A stretch of 64,000 nt of DNA from an uncultured Armatimonadetes bacterium. GTDB taxonomy: Bacteria; Armatimonadota; Hebobacteria; Hebobacterales; Hebobacteraceae. Location: assembly GCA_963716175.1 (NCBI GenBank), contig OY970296.1:1088001-1152000 (forward strand), written 5' to 3'. Of the stretch, positions 49,705-58,754 are shown in pieces; position 1 is the stretch's first letter; each line of letters starts with the position of its first letter. Below the pieces are notes generated by a model. The model had not been told where the DNA came from and searched no databases. It saw nothing but the letters and a program-made list of their open reading frames with translations. The position numbers and the translations under genes were made by a program.

Positions 49705-50469
49705 ATGATGCACCTCCTGCTTCGTGGGTGTTTGGATCTGCTCTACCCTCCTCGCTGCGAGGCCTGCGGCCGGCTCCGCCGCGACCCCATCTGCCCGGAC
49801 TGCCTCGCCGCCATTGACCGCGTGCAACCCCCGGTGTGCGAGGTTTGCGGCGCGCCCTTCGACCCTCGCGCCCAGGCCCCTCCCCGCTGTGAGCAATGCC
49901 GCCGCGGGCGTAGGCCGTTCTCCATCGCACGCACCGCGGCCTACTACCAGGGTGCCCTCGCCCAAGCGATTCGCCGCTTCAAGTATCACCCCCAGATGGT
50001 GCTCGCGAACCCCTTGGCCTCCCTCCTGGTGGAAGCCCTCTCCGCCGGCCCAGCGGCCGACCTGGACCCGGCCACCCTTGATGTCATCTGCCCCGTCCCT
50101 CTGCATCCGTCCCGGTTGCGCGAGCGCGGGTTCAACCAGTCCGAGCTGCTGGCAGAGGGCCTGTCCGCGGCCACCGGAAAGCCCCTCCGCGCCTTGCTGG
50201 AACGCACCAGACCCACCGCTCCCCAGGTGGACCTGCCCGTCTCCTCCCGCGCGGCCAACGTGCAGGACGCCTTCGCCCCTCGACTCACTGAGGTCATCGC
50301 CGTCCAGCGGGTGCTGCTGGTGGACGACCTCTTCACCACCGGCGCCACCCTCACCGAGTGCGCCCGCACCCTCCGCCGCGCCGGGGCCGCCGAGGTGCGG
50401 GTGCTCACCCTGGCGCGCCCCCTGCCCCGGTGGCGAGTGCCAGCCCCTGAGCAGGGCCCGGCCTCGTGA
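49705..50469 (+). CDS. comF: ComF family protein
   Basis: Double zinc ribbon, PVPLH..R..ERGFNQ, LLVDDxxTTGAT. Confidence 0.9.
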   Translation: MMHLLLRGCLDLLYPPRCEACGRLRRDPICPDCLAAIDRVQPPVCEVCGAPFDPRAQAPPRCEQCRRGRRPFSIARTAAYYQGALAQAIRRFKYHPQMVLANPLASLLVEALSAGPAADLDPATLDVICPVPLHPSRLRERGFNQSELLAEGLSAATGKPLRALLERTRPTAPQVDLPVSSRAANVQDAFAPRLTEVIAVQRVLLVDDLFTTGATLTECARTLRRAGAAEVRVLTLARPLPRWRVPAPEQGPAS

Positions 50470-50543
50470 CGGTCCCGCCAGGGATTTGATGCCGCCGCAG
50501 CGAAAATCTCAATAGTGTCGCGAGGATACCACGAGCCCTGCGC

Positions 50544-52789
50544 GTGAGCATCATCCGCCGTGAGACCCGGGTCAAAGGTACCGTCCAGGGGGTCGGTTTC
50601 CGGCCCTTTGTCTACCGGCTCGCCACCTCCCTGGGCCTGGCGGGGTCAGTCCGCAACACGCCCCGCGGGGTGGTGATCGAGATCGAGGGCGAGAACGAGA
50701 CCGTCGCCGCCTTCCTGCAGCAGCTGGTCAGCTCCGCCCCTCCCCTTTCCCGCATTTCGTCGCTCGAGACCAGCGAGCTTCCCCCTATCGGCCGCAGGGG
50801 GTTCGAGATCATCGAGAGTGCCCCCGGGGCCAGGCCCACCGCCCTCATCCCACCCGATGTCGCGCTCTGTGACGACTGCGCCCGCGAGATCGCCGACGCC
50901 GACGACCGCCGCTTCGGCTATGCCTTCACCAACTGCACCAACTGCGGGCCGCGCTTCAGCATCGTGCGCGGCATCCCCTATGACCGGCCTCAGACCACCA
51001 TGGCGGCCTTCGAGATGTGTCGGGCCTGCGCCGCCGAATATGCTGACCCCGCCGACCGGCGTTTTCACGCCGAGCCCATCGCCTGCCCGGTCTGCGGCCC
51101 CTCCTTGTTCCGCGATGGCCAGCCCTCGCCGGACGCGTTAGACCAGGTGGCGCGGTGGCTGACCGAGGGCAAGATCGTGGCCATCAAAGGCCTTGGTGGC
51201 TATCATCTCGCCTGCGATGCGCGCAACGCGCAGGCGGTGGAGGAGCTGCGCGCTCGCAAGGGCCGGGGCCAGAAGCCCTTCGCCATCATGGTGCGTGATC
51301 TCGCCGAGGCCCGCCGCGTGGCCGACCTCTCCCCGCGCGCCGCCCAACTGCTCACCTCACCGGAGAGCCCCATCGTCATCCTGCCGGGGCGGCCCGACAG
51401 CGGCCTCGCGCCAGGCCTCGCCCCCCGGCAGCGCACCGTCGGACTGATGCTGCCCTACACCCCGCTGCACCGGCTGCTGTTCTCGCAGGCCCCCCGGCCC
51501 TGGTGATGACCAGCGGCAACCTCGCCGAGGAGCCCATCGCGCACCGGGATGAGGAGGCGAAACGAAAGCTCGGCCCCATCGCCGATCATATCCTCTCCCA
51601 CGACCGCGAGATCGCGGTGCCCTGCGATGATTCCGTGGTGCGATGCCTCGGCGACCTGGCGATCCCGGTGCGCCGGGCGCGGGGATACGTGCCCCGCGCC
51701 ATCGCCGTTGGGGTCGAAGGCCCGCCCGTGCTGGCGGTGGGCGCGCACCACAAGAACACCTTCTGTCTGCTGCGCGAGGGGGAGGCGATCCTCAGCCAGC
51801 ATATCGGCGACCTCGACTCCCTGGAGGTGCTGGACTACTTCGGCGTCGCCATCGAGCACTTCGCTCGCCTCTTCCAGGCGAGGCCGGAGATCGTCGCCCA
51901 CGACCTGCACCCCGGCTATCTATCCACTCACTACGCGCGGTCGCTGGAGGGCGTGCGCCTGGTTCCGGTGCAGCATCATCACGCGCACGTGGTGAGCGTG
52001 ATGGCGGAGCTGGGCCTGGCGGGCCCGGTGATCGGCGTCGCCTATGATGGCACAGGCTACGGCCCCGATGGCACGCTCTGGGGTGGCGAGATCCTGATCG
52101 CTGACCGGCGCGAGTTCCGCCGCGCTGGCTACTTGCGCCCTGTGCCTCTGCCCGGCGGCGAAGCCGCCATCACCCATCCCCGGCGCATGGCCTTGAGCTA
52201 TCTCATCAGCGCTTTCGGCGACGAGGCCATCGCCGGGGCGCTCCGCCTCATGCCCGGCTTCGATGAGACCGAGGCGCGAGTGGTAGCGCGGCAGGTCGAG
52301 CGCAACCTCAACTCACCACTCACCTCCAGCATGGGCCGGCTCTTCGACGCGGTCGGCGCACTCCTCGGCGCCACCCCTGTTGCCACCTATGAGGGCCAGC
52401 CCGCGATGGAGCTGGAGGCCATCGCCGACCAGTTCCAGGGGCCCGCCACTCCGTATCCATATGCGATCTCAGATGGTATCATTGACCCGCGCCCGCTCAT
52501 CCAGGCTATCGCGGCTGACCTCGAGCGCCACGCCGATCACCCTGAGGTCGCGGCGCGCTTCCACGAGACCGTGGCCGCCTTCACCGTCGAGATCTGCCAG
52601 CGCCTCCACGCCGAAGGCGGTCCGCCTGATGTCGTGCTCTGCGGCGGCGTGATGCAGAACGCGCGCCTGCTGTCGCGGTTGGTGCAGGGCTTGACCGACG
52701 CCGGGCTGAGGCCCCACCTCCATCGCGAAGTGCCGCCCAACGATGGAGGACTCAGTCTGGGACAGGCCGTGGTGGGCTTGCAGGCGTAG
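50544..52789 (+). CDS. hypF: Carbamoyltransferase HypF (1-nt frameshift in a C run near 51490)
   Basis: VQGVGFRPF, CxxC zinc fingers, KGLGGYH, MTSGN, QHHHAH, TSSMGRLFD, PPNDGGLSLGQ; split into ORFs 50544-51506 and 51503-52789. Confidence 0.93.
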
Positions 52790-52837
52790 GCCGGTTCGGG
52801 TAAACTCATAGGTGGGAGCAGACTTGGGGAAGCAGAT

Positions 52838-53788
52838 ATGAGTATTGTTGTTTGCTGCAACCTGCCCGATGGTGTCATAATGGGCGCCGACTCGTACGTC
52901 ACGGTGTCAGGCATCAACGTTGACGAAAGCGGCGCTCAGCGACCCCAATTCCTCAAGTTCTTCGACAGCGCCCAGAAGATCTTCGAGCTGGGTACGATGC
53001 CGGGGCTTGCTTCTGGAGTGCCAGAGGAGGCACGGTGCGGAAGGCGGCAGCCGGCGGGCGGTGCCGCAGTTGCCGTAGGCGCGCTGGGGATGTATCAACT
53101 GGGTGATCGCACGATTGGCAGCCACTTGGAAGAGCTTGATGCCAAAGAGGGAACGGAATTGCTGCATCGGGGCAGCGGGGATACCGGCGCAAAGGGTAGC
53201 CTTAAGCCGGTCTGCACCGGGATCTGGGAGTTCTTCTCGAAGCGCTACACAGTCGCGCTGAGTCGGCACTTTGAGCAGGCCGGGCGCAAGCTCGACGACG
53301 TGCCGCCCGGCGACAGGCCGCCTCTCGGTTTCGTGATTGCTGGCTACGCTGCCGGGGAGGTGCTGGGAGAAGTGTGGTTGCTGGATGTGAGAACCCCGCC
53401 CGAGCAAGGCGGCATCGTGCAGGTCCGTGAGAAGGGCGCGTTCGGTGCAACCTGGGCAGGAGTGGCAGGGCCGATAAGTCGTTTCATCAAGGGATACGAC
53501 AACGAGATGCTGCCTGATAAGCTCCGACAGCTGCTCAATGAGAGACTTGGAGAGAAAGGCGAAGAGATCTGGTCTGATGTGGAAAAGCTGCTCACTCGCA
53601 TGGAGTACCGGATACCCTATGCTGCAATGCCTCTAGAAGAAGGCATTGAGCATGTCAGGTACCTAGTAGGCCTGGCCATCAGCTTCGCAAAGTACGCCGT
53701 CGGCCCCCCGCTGTGTGGTGGGGAAGTAAGACTAGCGGCCATAACGAGAAGGAGGGGCTTCCGCTGGATCGGCCGTGAGCCGATGTAA
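52838..53788 (+). CDS. Proteasome beta-subunit-like Ntn-hydrolase
   Basis: (M)S1-IVV...DGVIMGAD17S, QKIFEL, FVIAGY, C-terminal CGGEVRLAAIT. Confidence 0.7.
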   Translation: MSIVVCCNLPDGVIMGADSYVTVSGINVDESGAQRPQFLKFFDSAQKIFELGTMPGLASGVPEEARCGRRQPAGGAAVAVGALGMYQLGDRTIGSHLEELDAKEGTELLHRGSGDTGAKGSLKPVCTGIWEFFSKRYTVALSRHFEQAGRKLDDVPPGDRPPLGFVIAGYAAGEVLGEVWLLDVRTPPEQGGIVQVREKGAFGATWAGVAGPISRFIKGYDNEMLPDKLRQLLNERLGEKGEEIWSDVEKLLTRMEYRIPYAAMPLEEGIEHVRYLVGLAISFAKYAVGPPLCGGEVRLAAITRRRGFRWIGREPM

Positions 53789-53806
53789 GCAACAGGAGGC
53801 GCGACT

Positions 53807-54025
53807 ATGGCGATGGATAGAGGTTTTGGCCTTGGGAGGACGGCAGATTGGGGACTTGAGTTCGAGCGTTGGGTCGCGCAGAGCACCGTGTCCTCCGCGG
53901 GTGCTGTGGCCGAGTGGTACCCCTTTGAGGTCGGCGGTCTGCCTGCCGAGCCTAGCCTGGAGGAGCGCGTGGATAGCTGGCTCAGACGGCACGAGGAAGC
54001 TATGAACCGCCTTGCCGATCTCTGA
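53807..54025 (+). CDS. Small antitoxin-like protein
   Basis: SD aggagg; C-terminal helix (WLRRHEEAMNRLA) resembling Doc-binding tails; directly upstream of doc. Confidence 0.6.
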   Translation: MAMDRGFGLGRTADWGLEFERWVAQSTVSSAGAVAEWYPFEVGGLPAEPSLEERVDSWLRRHEEAMNRLADL

Positions 54026-54032
54026 GCCGTCG

Positions 54033-54455
54033 GTGCGCTATCTGTCGGCCGACGAGATCTGGAGAGTTCATCTTCGTGTAGCTCGCCATGCGGAGCAGCT
54101 CGGAAAGCCCTTTCTGGCAGCGGTAAGAGAACCCGAGTTGCTGGCGTCAGCTGCAGGTCAGCCCCGCCAGAGCTTTGGCGGGGCTGACCTTTACAGGACT
54201 GTATTCGACAAGGCAGCAGCGCTGGCAAGAGGCATCATATGCGGCCATATGTTTGTGGACGGCAACAAGCGAACAGGCCTTGCCGCGGTAAGGCTGTTTC
54301 TGGAGTACAACGGATGGGACTTCGACCTGCCTGACGAGGAATTGGAGGCCCTCGCGCTGGTGATCGCTGGAGCGCGCGAGCAAGGCCAGGAACCCATCGC
54401 GATAACGGAGATATCTGAGCGACTGCGTAGCGCGTCGAGAAGTACAGATCGCTGA
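54033..54455 (+). CDS. doc: Death-on-curing (Doc/Fic) toxin
   Basis: RYLS..EI, LLASA..QP.QSFGG.DLY..VFDKAAAL, HMFVDGNKRTG; alternative start 54012. Confidence 0.92.
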   Translation: MRYLSADEIWRVHLRVARHAEQLGKPFLAAVREPELLASAAGQPRQSFGGADLYRTVFDKAAALARGIICGHMFVDGNKRTGLAAVRLFLEYNGWDFDLPDEELEALALVIAGAREQGQEPIAITEISERLRSASRSTDR

Positions 54456-54527
54456 ATGGCACAGGTCGCTCATGAACACGAGAGAGAAGGCACACACTCG
54501 GGTGCGGTCGCTCAGGAGTCAAGCCTG

Positions 54528-54767
54528 ATGTGTCTTGCCATACCCATGCGCGTCGTATCCATCTCCGGCCCCACCGCACAGGTGGAAGAGGGCGGGGTGC
54601 GCCGCGAGGTGCGGGTTGACCTGATCGAGCGGGTCGCGGTCGGCGACTATGTGATCGTGCACGCCGGGGTGGCGATAGAGCGCCTCGATCCCGAGGAGGC
54701 CGAGGAGACGCTGCACCTGTTCGCGGAGATGTTTGGTGGAAAGCCTGAAGGAACTCCGCAGCTCTGA
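54528..54767 (+). CDS. hypC: Hydrogenase maturation chaperone HypC
   Basis: MCLAIP...VGDYVIVHAG.A. Confidence 0.96.
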   Translation: MCLAIPMRVVSISGPTAQVEEGGVRREVRVDLIERVAVGDYVIVHAGVAIERLDPEEAEETLHLFAEMFGGKPEGTPQL

Positions 54768-55857
54768 GCTGCTCCGCTGGCTGGCGGAGCAGCTTCGCGC
54801 CATGGCGGCCCCGCCGGCCACCTTGATGGAGGTGTGCGGCACTCACACCGTGGCCATCGCGCGCCACGGCCTGCGCCAGGCCCTGCCCCCGGGGGTGCGG
54901 CTAATCTCGGGGCCCGGCTGCCCGGTGTGCGTGACCCCGCAGCATCAGATTGACCACTTCCTCGCGCTGGGCGGACTCGACGGCGTCACCCTTACCACCT
55001 TCGGGGACATGATGCGGGTGCCGGGAAGCGAGCACAGCCTGGAGCAGGCCCGCGCCGCGGGCGCTGATGTGCGCGTCGTCTACTCTCCCATGGACGCGGT
55101 CACCGCGGCCGCGGAGAGACCGGACCGGCAGGTGGTGTTCTTCGGCATCGGCTTCGAGACCACCGCCCCCGCGGTGGCGCTGGCCATCCTCGAGGCCCAG
55201 AAGCAAGAGCTAAGGAACTTCTCCGTGCTCTGCGCCCACAAGCTCATCCCGCCCGCCATGCTCGCCCTGCTGGATTCACAGATTCGCGTGGACGGGTTCA
55301 TCTGCCCCGGGCATGTCAGCGCCATCATCGGCAGCAATGCCTATCGCCCGGTTGCAGAGCGAGGAAAGCCTTGCGTGGTCGCCGGATTCGAGGCCGCCGA
55401 CATCCTGCGCGCGGTGCAGATGCTGCTGCGGCAGCTCGCCGAAGGCCGCGCCGAGGTCGAGAGCGAGTACACGCGGGCAGTCCGCCCGGAGGGCAACCGG
55501 CGCGCCCAGGTCCTGCTCGCTCGCGTCTTCCGCATCACCGACGCGCGCTGGCGCGGCCTGGGCGAGATCCCGGCCAGCGGTCTCGCGATCAGCGAGGAGT
55601 TCGCGGAGTTCGACGCCGGGCGGCGTTTCCAGGTGGAGCTGCCGCCCACCAGGGAGCCGGCCGCATGCCGCTGCGGCGACGTGCTGCGCGGCCTGATTGA
55701 CCCGCCGGAGTGCCCGCTCTTCGGCGAGACCTGCACCCCGGCCACGCCCGTCGGCGCCTGCATGGTCTCCAGCGAGGGCGCCTGCCAGGCCCATTATCGG
55801 TATAGATCCGTTGGGCAGGGGCTTGCCCCTGCCACTGACGGAGGTGGCGAGCCATGA
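54736..55857 (+). CDS. hypD: Hydrogenase maturation protein HypD
   Basis: MEVCGTHT, SGPGCPVCVTP, GFETT, PGHVS, GACMVSSEGAC. Confidence 0.97.
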   Translation: MESLKELRSSELLRWLAEQLRAMAAPPATLMEVCGTHTVAIARHGLRQALPPGVRLISGPGCPVCVTPQHQIDHFLALGGLDGVTLTTFGDMMRVPGSEHSLEQARAAGADVRVVYSPMDAVTAAAERPDRQVVFFGIGFETTAPAVALAILEAQKQELRNFSVLCAHKLIPPAMLALLDSQIRVDGFICPGHVSAIIGSNAYRPVAERGKPCVVAGFEAADILRAVQMLLRQLAEGRAEVESEYTRAVRPEGNRRAQVLLARVFRITDARWRGLGEIPASGLAISEEFAEFDAGRRFQVELPPTREPAACRCGDVLRGLIDPPECPLFGETCTPATPVGACMVSSEGACQAHYRYRSVGQGLAPATDGGGEP

Positions 55858-56906
55858 CCGACGACCGCGTCCTGCTGGCTCACGGCGACGGCGGCGAGAT
55901 GATGGCCGACCTCATCGCCAGGATCTTCGTCTCCCGGCTCGGCGCCGGAGACCCACCGGGCGATGACGCCGCCCGGGTTGGTAGCGCAGGCTCCCCCGCC
56001 GGCCTTGTGGCGAGCTCCCAGCCTGCGGCCGGTTCCCATCTCGCCTTCACCACCGATGCCTTTGTTGTGGACCCGATCTTCTTCCCCGGCGGCGACATCG
56101 GCCGGCTCGCCGTCTGCGGCACCGTGAACGATCTCGCCACCGCGGGAGCGCGCCCGCTCGCCCTCAGCGCCAGCTTCATCCTGGAGGAAGGCCTTCTCAT
56201 CACCGACCTCGAGCGCATCGTGGACTCGATGGCGAGCGCGGCTCAGGAGGCCGGCGTCCGCGTGATCACGGGCGACACCAAAGTGGTGCCCCGCGGCAAG
56301 GCCGATCGCGTCTACATCTCCACCTCCGGAGTGGGCGAAGTGCCCCCGGGCATCTCCCTCTCCGGCGCCAATGCCCGGCCCGGCGACATCGTCATCGTCA
56401 CCGGCCCGCTGGGGGATCACGGCCTGGCCGTGCTCTCCCGGAGAGAGGGGTTGCAGTCCGAATCAGAGATCGTGAGCGATTGCGCGCCCCTGGCCGCAAT
56501 GGTGCAGGACCTGCTTGCCGCCGCGCCCGGCGTGCACGCGCTGCGCGACCCGACCCGCGGCGGCCTCGCCGCCGCTCTCAACGAGATCGCGCGCCAGTCT
56601 CAGGTCGAGATCGAGATCGAGGAGTCTGCGGTCCCAGTGCGAGCCGGGGTGGCGGTGGCCTGCGAGCTGCTCGGACTGGACCCGCTCTACGCCGCGAACG
56701 AAGGCAAGATGATCGTGATCGTCGCCCCCGATCAGGCCGAGGCCGCGCTTGCCGCCCTCCGCGCCCACCCCTACGGCAAGGAGGCCGCCGTCATGGGCCG
56801 CGTCGCGACCGCCTCGCGGAAACCGCGCGTCCTGCTCCGCACCGCCCTCGGCACCCACCGCATCCTGGATAGGCATGTGGGCGAACAGATGCCGCGGATT
56901 TGCTGA
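55854..56906 (+). CDS. hypE: Hydrogenase maturation protein HypE
   Basis: FFPGGDIG.LAVCGTVNDL, GDTKVV, RDPTRGG, ANEG, C-terminal PRIC. Confidence 0.97.
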   Translation: MTDDRVLLAHGDGGEMMADLIARIFVSRLGAGDPPGDDAARVGSAGSPAGLVASSQPAAGSHLAFTTDAFVVDPIFFPGGDIGRLAVCGTVNDLATAGARPLALSASFILEEGLLITDLERIVDSMASAAQEAGVRVITGDTKVVPRGKADRVYISTSGVGEVPPGISLSGANARPGDIVIVTGPLGDHGLAVLSRREGLQSESEIVSDCAPLAAMVQDLLAAAPGVHALRDPTRGGLAAALNEIARQSQVEIEIEESAVPVRAGVAVACELLGLDPLYAANEGKMIVIVAPDQAEAALAALRAHPYGKEAAVMGRVATASRKPRVLLRTALGTHRILDRHVGEQMPRIC

Positions 56907-57045
56907 TCCGTCGTGCTCCTCCTTGGCAGTCGTTGCTTTCTTCTTGCCCGGCGTGCGCGTTCTCGTCCCGTGTTGCCCGCAGCGGCAGAATGCGGTATAC
57001 TCGGTGTCGGGCCAAACATCTGTTACTGTTCTCACAGGGGCCAGT

Positions 57046-58500
57046 ATGAGACTGCTGCACTGGCTGACGCGCCATAGGACAATCGGGCAGCAAGACCGAG
57101 GGCCCGCAGTCACTGCTGAGGCATCAGACGCGCCTGGAAAGGGCGCGACGCCACGCGGCCAGCCGCCCTTGTTCAGGGTGCTGGTGTACGGCTACGACGA
57201 CCTCAGGCTGATCGCGACAGAACAACTGCCCGACGGCGTACTCATGCACTACGACCCCCGCGATTCCCGCTTCGATGATTTTGACTGCATAGTGCTCCCC
57301 TACCGCGCATTCCTGTCCAGAGTCGAGGTGGTCCGCCGCTACATGGAGCCCACACGCCGCGACGTTTACGTCTGGGAACCTGAGAGAGACCGCCGCGACA
57401 AAGAGATAGAGGCCCTACTTCGCAAGGGCGGAGTTGTGTGTTGGCTGGTGGACGAGGTGCCCCAAATCGCGCGTCGTGACAAGTACGACGATTTCGGCGC
57501 GTGGGTCAGGGCTAACGCCTCTGAAAACATCCGCGCGTATCCTGGGTTTGTCTCCCTCCACTACCGGGCCGGCTATGCGCTCAGTGATCCCTGGCCCTCA
57601 GCATTTTCCGGGCTGCAGTGTCGCCGTTCCGAGTTCAGGAAGTGGGTCGCGTCCCACGCGAGCACTCGCCACGACCTGGTACTCGTTGAGCCAGACAGGG
57701 CCCATAGCACCCAGGTCATCTGCACCTTCCCCAACGATGACCCGGCAGGTTTGGCGATCCCGGTAGACGCTGGCCTGGTACTCATATTGCCCTATCTGCC
57801 AGCGAACCGTCCTCGCACTGAAGTAGCGTCGGCCATGCACGAGCTGGCGCGAGCGCTTCGCCGTTACCGCGACGCTGTGATCGCGGCGCCTCCTCCTTGG
57901 CTTGACGAGTTCTGCTTCACACAAGAGCGCACCATCCGAGATGAACTGGCGCGCCTGGACCAGCTAAAGGCCGAATCCAGCGCGAAACTAGCTCCCTATG
58001 AGCAGCAGAAGAGACTCCTTTACCTCGGAGATGATCAGCTCACAGAGGACCTCATTGCCTGCCTCGAAGCGCGTGGCCTGAAGACCCAAAGAGAGGAGCG
58101 CTTTGTCGAGGACTTCTTCCTGCTGGACGATGCCCGCACGCCTGTCGCGATCTGCGAGGTCAAGGGTCTGGACGCCAATCTCAGGGGGGAGCACGTCGCA
58201 CAACTCAATCTCCACCGCACTGAGCACGACCTCGACCAGGAGTTCCTGGGGCTTCTTTTCGCGAACACCTTCCGGAGAGCGCCGACCTTTGCCGAGAAGG
58301 ATCATCAGATTGAACCGAGGACACGCAAACAAGCAGCGCACCTCCACATCACTGTCGTCAGAACACTCGACCTGCTCCGCCTCTTCGACCTGATGGACAC
58401 GGGCCAGCTCGACGCCTCAGGCCTGCTTGCGGTTCTAGCCGAGAAGCCCGGCTGGCTCCGGGTTGACCCCGACGGCGTGTGTCAAGTATTGCAGGAGTAG
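57046..58500 (+). CDS. Hypothetical protein with coiled coil and C-terminal PD-(D/E)xK nuclease-like domain
   Basis: VEDFFL...ICEVKG...QL motif; own promoter-like TATACT near 56996. Confidence 0.65.
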   Translation: MRLLHWLTRHRTIGQQDRGPAVTAEASDAPGKGATPRGQPPLFRVLVYGYDDLRLIATEQLPDGVLMHYDPRDSRFDDFDCIVLPYRAFLSRVEVVRRYMEPTRRDVYVWEPERDRRDKEIEALLRKGGVVCWLVDEVPQIARRDKYDDFGAWVRANASENIRAYPGFVSLHYRAGYALSDPWPSAFSGLQCRRSEFRKWVASHASTRHDLVLVEPDRAHSTQVICTFPNDDPAGLAIPVDAGLVLILPYLPANRPRTEVASAMHELARALRRYRDAVIAAPPPWLDEFCFTQERTIRDELARLDQLKAESSAKLAPYEQQKRLLYLGDDQLTEDLIACLEARGLKTQREERFVEDFFLLDDARTPVAICEVKGLDANLRGEHVAQLNLHRTEHDLDQEFLGLLFANTFRRAPTFAEKDHQIEPRTRKQAAHLHITVVRTLDLLRLFDLMDTGQLDASGLLAVLAEKPGWLRVDPDGVCQVLQE

Positions 58501-58595
58501 GGGACCACCTCAGCAGGCCCGCGACGCCACCTCCACCTCTGCCCCACTCACGTAGTCGCCATAGCTCCATCCACCCCGGCATCCCGCCCGCGACA

Positions 58596-58680
58596 CAGAT
58601 CACCATCGCCCTCCGCAGAACCATCCGCCTGATGCACGACATTGACTCCCTCCCCCCTCCTGGCCCCTGGCGTGATGAGG
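58596..58680 (+). pseudogene. Possible C-terminal remnant of a type ISP restriction-modification enzyme
   Basis: Translates as QITIALRRTIRLMHDIDSL..PW, resembling the typical type ISP C-terminal helix. Confidence 0.35.
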
Positions 58681-58754
58681 CCTACCGCCCCACCCCTGCT
58701 TCGTGTGCAGGCGCACACTGCGCAGGGGTAGGCTACTGCCCTTCGCCCTCCTCC

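Noticed and set aside
51485-51510. hypF split as programmed frameshift or phase variation
   Set aside because: One C is missing from a homopolymer and both halves are intact; with two other single-base indels in the window, sequencing error is more likely. Raw reads would decide.
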